Assembly: GCA_004431415.1 (NCBI GenBank)
Contig: QPMI01000512.1
Span: 1-60,917, forward strand
Length of the DNA stretch: 60,917 nucleotides
Direction of reading: 5' to 3'
Source of the DNA: Cyanophora paradoxa CCMP329
Taxonomy: Eukaryota > Plantae > Glaucophyta
Below the pieces are notes generated by a model. The model was given only the letters and a program-made list of their open reading frames with translations. It made no database searches and was not told the DNA's origin. Made by a program: the position numbers and the translations under genes. The first letter of the stretch is position 1, and each line of letters opens with the position of its first letter. This document shows, in pieces, positions 54,419 through 60,917 of this stretch.

Positions 54419-54553
54419 TGTCCCGACCCTCCCAGATCTTTAAATTAATATCTCAGAAGGTCGAGACAGCCGCTGAGCAGTCCGGATCCAGACGGACCAG
54501 AGCCTGTCCCGACCCTCCAGATCTTTAAATTAATATCTCAGAAGGTCGAGACA
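54419..54553. repeat. Two roughly 50-bp palindromic units with AT-rich core upstream of the UL9-like gene
   Basis: TGTCCCGACCCTCCCAGATCTTTAAATTAATATCTCAGAAGGTCGAGACA at 54419-54468 and 54505-54553. Confidence 0.9.
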
Positions 54554-54643
54554 GCAGTCCAGACGTCGACTATAGCTAGCCAACAGACGTTGACTAGCCT
54601 AGTAGATCTAGAATTTTCCAAGCCTAGCTATAGAGAGACGACC

Positions 54644-57600
54644 ATGGCAACCGGACGCGTGTCTCTCGACGTCGACGCCTTCCTGGCCCGTATGCCCGGG
54701 CCCGGGGTACAGCAGATAGATCTGAGCGAGCAGGAGTGCAGCTTTTTCGTTCGATTCCCTCTCGTCGAAGTCCAGAAGGCCTGCAGCCCGACCCTGGGGA
54801 CGGCTTTCTGCGTCTTCCACCCGCCCTGCATCACCCCCAGCCACTTCTCGGGTGCCGAGGATGAGACGAGCACCGCGGCAGCCTGCGCCTTTGCAACCAA
54901 GTTCGGAGGCTTCACTTTCTCTCGCCCCTTGGATAATGGATTCAAGGCTGCCTACGTCCTACAGAGCCCGGAGGCTTGCGATCTCATGGCATGGTTCTTT
55001 GGGAGCTCGAGCGGCCTGGAGCTCGGTGTGGATGGCACGGGGGCTACGTTCTGCGGGGGCCGGCGCCCGGGCCGCGAGCGGAGCTCCTCCCCACTCCATC
55101 CAGAAGCTCGGCGCCCCGCGCTAAGCCCATCCCGGAGCCGGGCGCTCTCCTGGATTCGAGCCCAAGCCTGCCGGCCTTGGAGCGGCTCCTGGACCGCCTG
55201 CGCAAGAACAAGGCGGTGAGGGACGAGATCTGGAAGGCGGGGCAGAGCTGCGCGCGGACCTTGGCCTGCACGACGCCCGCCGCGTTCAGCACCTTGGAGT
55301 CGAGCCCGACGGGTCCATCACCCTCGTCCTGGGCGGGAGTCAGCCGGGGGCGCCGGCGGCTCGAATCTCCATCCAGGCGCACGGTATTGAAGTCGAGCTC
55401 GAGGGGAGGGACCGGAGGGGAGTCGGGCAGCGTGGCACAGACCCGCTATGTGACCGATCCCTCGCAGCCTGTCGCCTTCGACATTGCCCTCCCTCCCTCC
55501 TGATCGCGCTCGAGTCGACGGGCCTGGAGGCTTGCGTCAATGCAGTGGATGAACGCCACCTCTCGTGCAAGATCCTTACCTCCGCATTCGGGGCGCTGGA
55601 GCAGAACCCGAGATCCGCTCAGCCGCAGGTCGACGTCATCTGCTCGGGACTCAACACGGGGAAGACGCAGGCGCTGATCGATGCGTACCTGGACCCGGCC
55701 CTCGCAGGCGGCTGGCGAGTGATCCTCGTGACTTGCCGCCGGGCCTTCTCCCGCGACCTCAAGCGTCGCATTGATGCTGCGGAGTTGTCAAAGGACGCCG
55801 TGCTTTACATGGACATCAAGAAGCCACCGGAGAGCTCAAAGGGATCGCATGGCAAGTGGGGCTTCCGCCATGAGGAGTGCAGGTGCGTCGTCATCACATG
55901 GGACTCGCTGCACAAGGTGCTCGAGGACTGGGAGGGCTGGTCGACGGCGCCGCTACTGGTCGTGCTGGACGAGCTCTCCTCCCTCACGAAGCACCTCACC
56001 TCGAGCGGCACCCTCGAGCCCACCGGCCTGCACCTAGGTATGCGGTCAGTGCCTCGAAACGCGCGCTGCGTGGGCCTATGGCGCGGCGTGATGAAGGCAT
56101 CGCGCATCGTGGCGATGGACGGCTTCGTTCGGTCGGTCGATCTCGCGTACCTGGCAGAGTCGGCGCAGGAGGTCGGGGCGCGCCTGGGGCTCCTGTACAA
56201 CTCGCATCGCACCTGCGACTGGAAGATGCGCGTGTCAGACAGCCCGGCGCACGTCGAGGCGGACATCATGGTGCAGTGCCGACCTGGGCGCTCGCGGGCC
56301 ATGATCATCGCGGAGACGCCGGCCAAGGCGATCGAGCTGCAGGAGAAGATTGCGAAGCAGGCGCTGGAGCAGCTCAGCCTGGGCGGCGCTCAGTACGTGA
56401 CTCAGCTCGAGGCAGGGCCCGAGGACGGCAGCGGCGCACCGTTCACGATCGGGCTCATCGTTGGGCAGGCCAAGGAGAAGAGCGTGCGCTTCACGAACGA
56501 GGGCCCAGTGCGCATCGTGTCGATCGATGTGTCTGAGGAGGGCGCGTACAAGGCCTGCGACGTGCTCATCGCAACTTCCGCGCTCGGGGCAGGCGTGGAC
56601 TTTTCGGACGCGCACTTTGACAAGGTCTACGGCGTGTTCCAGGCGGAGCCCGCGCAGCTGGAGGCGGACGACATCGTGCAGCTGCTGTTTCGAGTCAGAA
56701 GGCTGCGCAAACGCAGCACGCCCGACGGGAGCACCTGCTCGTCGCCGTGCGCAAGAACCGGACGCCCTCGGTTGCGGTCGGCGCGGCGGCTGCGCACTGG
56801 CGTGAGAGCGACGACGACGAGAGCTCGGACGACATGCAGCGCTACCTGGACCTGAAGGCTAGCCACCGCGGGAGCCGCCGCGCCGGCATGCCCACTCGGC
56901 GCCTCGCAGTGGCAGCGCGCCTGCGGCTGATGTCGACCTGCGCGCTGATGAACGTGCAAGTCACGGAGGATCAAAACCCGAGCGGACCGAAGCAGGAGAA
57001 GGAGCAGCGGCTGCGCGAGATCAGGAGCGTGCTGGAGGCGGGCGCGCTGGAGCCCGTCGATCTGTGGAGCACGGTGCTGGCCTGGAGGCAGTCCCGCGAG
57101 TCTCTCGCTAAGCTGGACATCGAGAAGGTTGCTTCGCTTGCTCGCACGTCGATCGCCGCGTTCCTGGCCAAGGATCCGAGCGAGCTGACCGAAGGAGACG
57201 TCGCCTGGATGTGGGATTCGTTCTACTCCATCCCGCTCACTGCCGTGGTCACGCTGGTGCTGAAGCATGGCGCGGACGTTGCCGAGATCGTGCCTACTGC
57301 TGAGCGCCTCAAGGTATCGAAGGTCGTCGCGCTGTTCAAGAAACTCTTCGGCTGGCGGGGTATGGAAAGCTCGCGGGGCGTGCTCTGTGGTCGGACGAAG
57401 CCTACGCGGCCCTGGCGTCGCCGGAGGGTCGGGAGGCGTACGCGGCTCTGCAGAGTCTGGACGAGCGCGCGCCCCGCTTCGATGCAGCGGACGGTGAGAA
57501 GAAGCGGCTCTCGCAGCAGTCTTGGCAAGTCATCAAGTACCTGCTGGAGAAGTACCTCGGAGTGAGACGCGCTTTCTCCGACGCGGACGGAGGGCAAATG

Positions 57601-57759
57601 GGCAGCCGAAAGCGACGCTACATCACGTGGGAGGAAGACATGCTCGACGACGCAGTAGAGCGCCAGGCTAAGCAGGCAAGGGCAGGCATGGCGCCAAGCT
57701 TCCCAGAGGTTTACAACGTTTTCTCCGACTGCTATGCTCTCATTCACAGGCGCGTGTGA
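54644..57759 (+). pseudogene. UL9 (herpes origin-binding protein)-like SF2 helicase, several frameshifts
   Basis: VICSGLNTGKT, ILVTCRRAF, ITWDSLHKV, VVLDELSS, IVAMDG, IATSALGAGVDF, QLLFRVR (core ORF 55545-56855). Confidence 0.82.
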
Positions 57760-57860
57760 TTGTCGGATGTCACAGTGTGGACTTCGCGAACGGGATGCGC
57801 GTGCCAGTGTGTAAATACGAACGTGCGAATTCAAGTGACGTCATGCATATGATCAATGAA

Positions 57861-58467
57861 TGTCTCGACTTTTTGAGATATTAATTTAAAGATCTGGGAG
57901 GGTCGGGACATTGCGAGGGCGGACGAGAGTGAGGGCATGCACTCTCTATGTGTCCCGACCTTTTCTGAACAACTCATGATTGCCGTATCATCGATCTGCA
58001 TTTACTCACTTCGTTCTCTGTCGCTTGCACATGCGCGGTGTGGGATTACTAATTAGATCTAGTCTCCCTAGCCCTCTGCGGCCGCCTTCCTGCCCCCCTG
58101 CAAAGAGCAGCTCAACCAAATCCTGTGGGGTCTGATTCATTGCAGACTCGCCTTCCCCGCCTGGGCCTGAGCTACACCAAGCTACGGTGAGTCCGACCAA
58201 GAGACGTGTCCGGACCCTCCCTACTTTCTTTATAGATTATTGGAAAGGTCCGGACACTAGAGGAGGGAGGGCGTACATAAGTAGTCTGACCAAGAGACGT
58301 GTCCCGACCCTCCCAGATCTTTAAATTAATATCTGAGAGGGTCGAGACACTAGAGGAGGGCGTACATAAGTAGTCTGACCAAGAGACGTGTCCCGACCCT
58401 CCCAGATCTTTAAATTAATATCTGAGAGAGGAGTCTGAGACAGCTAGACACTAGAGGAGGGCGTACA
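57861..58467. repeat. Further palindromic units (one inverted, three tandem) downstream of the UL9-like gene
   Basis: 57861-57910 (inverted), 58207-58256 (variant), 58300-58349, about 58389-58442. Tandem units include CTAGAGGAGGGCGTACA, the YqaJ 3' end. Confidence 0.88.
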
Positions 58468-59116
58468 ACTTAAACTCGCGCAGCGCCGCCTGCTCCTCGC
58501 TGAGGTTCTCTGACTTCATTCGATCGCTGTAGGGCTCGGGCGGAGTTCCAGCCTTCACGTGCGACCAAAATAGATGTAAGCACCGCCGCATGAGCTGAAT
58601 GTACCTCTCGTCCCGTCTGACGTACCACGTTCGCACGCGCAGAGGCGTGAAGCAAAAAAGTTCGGCCCACTCGCGGCCCGTTATGTCTAAAAGTCCTTGC
58701 AGCTGCGTCATGTAATAGGTAGGAACCTTGTCGTAGAGTTCTTGTTTGTACGGACATTTTATTTCGAGTATGCGATCGTTTCCGATTAGCCCGTCCGGGC
58801 TCCCCGCCAGGAAGGGCAGTTCCTTATGTTCGTGCAATCCAGTATGTTGCACGTCCACGTTATTGTTCAACGTTTTGTAGAGAGAGACCGCGAAGGGCTC
58901 ATAGTCATGCCCGTAGGTTAGGGCAGGGTTGTCAAAGTTGTTTTCCTCCGCTATCCCGCTTAGCTCCGCCCACAGGCGGGCCCTGGATTTCCAGGGGTTT
59001 ATACCGCACGCAGCCGCAAAATTAGATGCAGTTAGTTTTTCACGGCGCGCCGCGTGCCACGCCGCGCTCCCCTGTTGTAAGTTCTCGCAAGTCTCGCAAT
59101 CTGTATCGGTATGCAT
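58451..59116 (-). CDS. YqaJ-like (lambda-type) exonuclease/recombinase
   Basis: QGSAAWHAARREKLTAS, YGHDYE, LAGSPDGL, LEIKCP, YYMTQLQ. Confidence 0.95.
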   Translation of the reverse strand: MHTDTDCETCENLQQGSAAWHAARREKLTASNFAAACGINPWKSRARLWAELSGIAEENNFDNPALTYGHDYEPFAVSLYKTLNNNVDVQHTGLHEHKELPFLAGSPDGLIGNDRILEIKCPYKQELYDKVPTYYMTQLQGLLDITGREWAELFCFTPLRVRTWYVRRDERYIQLMRRCLHLFWSHVKAGTPPEPYSDRMKSENLSEEQAALREFKLYALL

Positions 59117-59167
59117 AGCTTAGCCTCGCAGTAGCGTTTAGAATTTCTTGATGTGTGCGAATGCATA

Positions 59168-59897
59168 TGTCTGATAATCAGACTACCCTCCCACCGCTAT
59201 CGGGGTACATCCGAGATTACACTAAGCAGGTAAACGGGCTGATCGGCTGGGTGAAAGAAGAGATCCCCAATACAATGCGAGACGGGGGCATGGCTGCGAC
59301 GTATTTGCGCGATGTGGCACGCAGAGGCCTCGGGTCCAGGGTAGACATCCGAACGTATGAGCCGCCGGTGTACGAAATCGAACACAGGGACGACATGGGC
59401 AGGGTTCGCGATGAACTTCGCAAGCTCTGGTGGGCGTTCGGCTCGCGCAAGAGCCCCATGACCTACCTGCCCCAAGACGTTCAGAGAGTTATACTGGATC
59501 TCTTCCTGAATGCGGGCACTCGCACGGAGATCATCAATCGCCCGCTCAATATTTTGAAGCACTACTTCCAAGGCTTCGTTCACCACGCCAAAAACAAGGA
59601 AGATGAATGGGTGGTACCCTATGTCCCCCATCGGATTTGATCCCTGAAGGATGGGACGAAGAACAAGACAATATGGAAGAACGGTTCAAGAGATACAAGT
59701 ATAGAAAACTGACGCCTGCCGGCCCACCGTACGGCCCACCGGCGCCCACGGCGGAGCAGCGCCAAGAGATACTGCGGGAGGGTCAGATTCGCAGGTGGAT
59801 GGAGTACAGCAATGATCCGACGAGCTGGTCGCCAGACGAGGCCGAGCTGCGGAAGCGCGCGAGGCTGCCAGGCCCTCGATACCCCGACCGCGAGTAG
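59168..59897 (+). CDS. Hypothetical protein, paralog 1 (frameshift near 59635)
   Basis: Shares segments with 59933-60671. Confidence 0.55.
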
Positions 59898-59932
59898 GGG
59901 GTACAGGTAGAAATTCTCACCGAGCCGCGAGC

Positions 59933-60671
59933 ATGGCGCGAACACGCGAGTCCGACGTGCTGTACAACAACGGCGACCTGGACGGGGAGATTCGACAGCG
60001 GAACGTGGACTTGGAGGATGCGAACGCAGTGCTGGAGGGAGGCGCACGTCCTCAGGGGCGGCTCGCCGGCGGAGAACTTCATGGAGCGCGTGCTCTACCT
60101 TGTGCGCTGGATTAGAGACGAATTCCACGACGAGCGAGAGCTCCCGGACAGGGAGATGATCAGGGCCGCGGGCTTGATGGGTATGACAGAGAACCCGAGA
60201 TCGTACCTGAGGCGCGAACGCAGGGATCTGAACGGCGATTGGGCCGACCTGCAAGCGCTGTGGACGGCCTTTGCGAACCGCAAGAGCCAGATCCTTGCCC
60301 TGCCCGCGCAGGTACAGCAGCGTATCATTGATTTCGTAGCCCCCTGGCGCGACGAGTCCCTCCAGCAGCCATTCATGCAACCACGCTTCCTCTCCGGGCT
60401 CAGGAGCGCGTTCTTCCACTTGGCCGTGAGCAGCGACCGGTATTTCACACCGCAGAGGATCGTTCACGGCGAATTCGGCATACCCCCCGAGTGGCTGAAT
60501 TTTGCCACCGTACCCCCTTCCCCACCCCGCCTCGAAGGCCCCCCCTCCCCTACCCCCGAGCAGCGTGAGTCACTCAAGCGTCAGAGGGAGGTACGCGAAT
60601 GGATGGACGACACCAGCCACTGGGTACAGGGCGAGGCCGAATTACGCAAGTTCGGAAGGTTCGGGCAGTAA
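59933..60671 (+). CDS. Hypothetical protein, paralog 2 (possible frameshift near 60030)
   Basis: LQALWTAFANRKS..LPAQVQ and GPPSPTPEQR..EAELRK match paralog 1. Confidence 0.55.
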
Positions 60672-60917
60672 CAGCGGGGGGTACAGCATTCAGTTAGAGC
60701 CTGAGCATCGTTAGAGGCCGGGAGGCCCCCCGAGGGGTACACCGGCTGTTACTCCCCGCGTCGGTTAGTGCTAGCCCCCCTGTTAGTGCAGCGTGTACCT
60801 GATCGCAATATAACACCCAAACCTCCGCGACGCGTGACTCATGCAACCTCCGAGGGTTAACAATGCATTGACAGCGAAGGGGCAAGCTCGAGAGCTCGAC
60901 CCTTGGCAAGAGCCCAC

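Larger units (their letters stand above)
28386..60917. mobile_element. Mriyavirus/Yaravirus-like small Nucleocytoviricota-related virus, termini not seen
   Basis: GC-rich, densely coding. MCP, A32 ATPase, VLTF3, RuvC, two HUH endonucleases, SSB, SF2 helicase and YqaJ nuclease; no DNA or RNA polymerase seen. Confidence 0.8.

Noticed and set aside
58207-58467. CRISPR-like array of palindromic repeats
   Set aside because: The intervening sequences are near-identical duplications, not unique spacers.
60680-60917. Possible right terminus of the mriyavirus-like element
   Set aside because: Non-coding, but no matching inverted or direct repeat is visible within the window.
1-60917. tRNA, rRNA or spliceosomal host genes
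   Set aside because: None recognisable by eye; tRNAscan-SE or Infernal would be needed to exclude them.

Overview
The window is almost entirely eukaryotic dsDNA-virus sequence (Bamfordvirae-like) in three layers. (1) About 1-28385 is an AT-rich Polinton-like virus (PLV-A). Its left end lies outside the window. It carries a double-jelly-roll MCP, a homing-type nuclease, an A32-like packaging ATPase, an AEP-PriCT2-SF3 primase-helicase, a RING protein, a protein-primed PolB, an rve integrase and a roughly 2.9 kb repeat-rich non-coding tail that ends in a perfect hairpin. (2) 5943-16957 is a complete 11 kb second PLV (PLV-B) with 188-bp TIRs, AG...CT ends and a 6-bp TSD (TACAAA), inserted into the PLV-A primase-helicase gene. 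It encodes its own ATPase, MCP, penton, RING protein, integrase and an unusual PolB-like/SF1-helicase/HNH fusion. (3) About 28386-60917 is a GC-rich virus with the Mriyavirus/Yaravirus-like gene set: NCLDV-type MCP, penton-like protein, A32 ATPase, VLTF3, RuvC/A22 resolvase, two adjacent HUH endonucleases, SSB, UL9-like SF2 helicase and YqaJ exonuclease, with no DNA polymerase seen. Its leftmost gene appears truncated by the PLV-A tail, which suggests a PLV-in-PLV-in-mriyavirus nesting. Several repeat families look like origins or promoters. Several frameshifts sit in homopolymers and may be sequencing errors. All protein calls come from motif recognition by eye, not from database searches.
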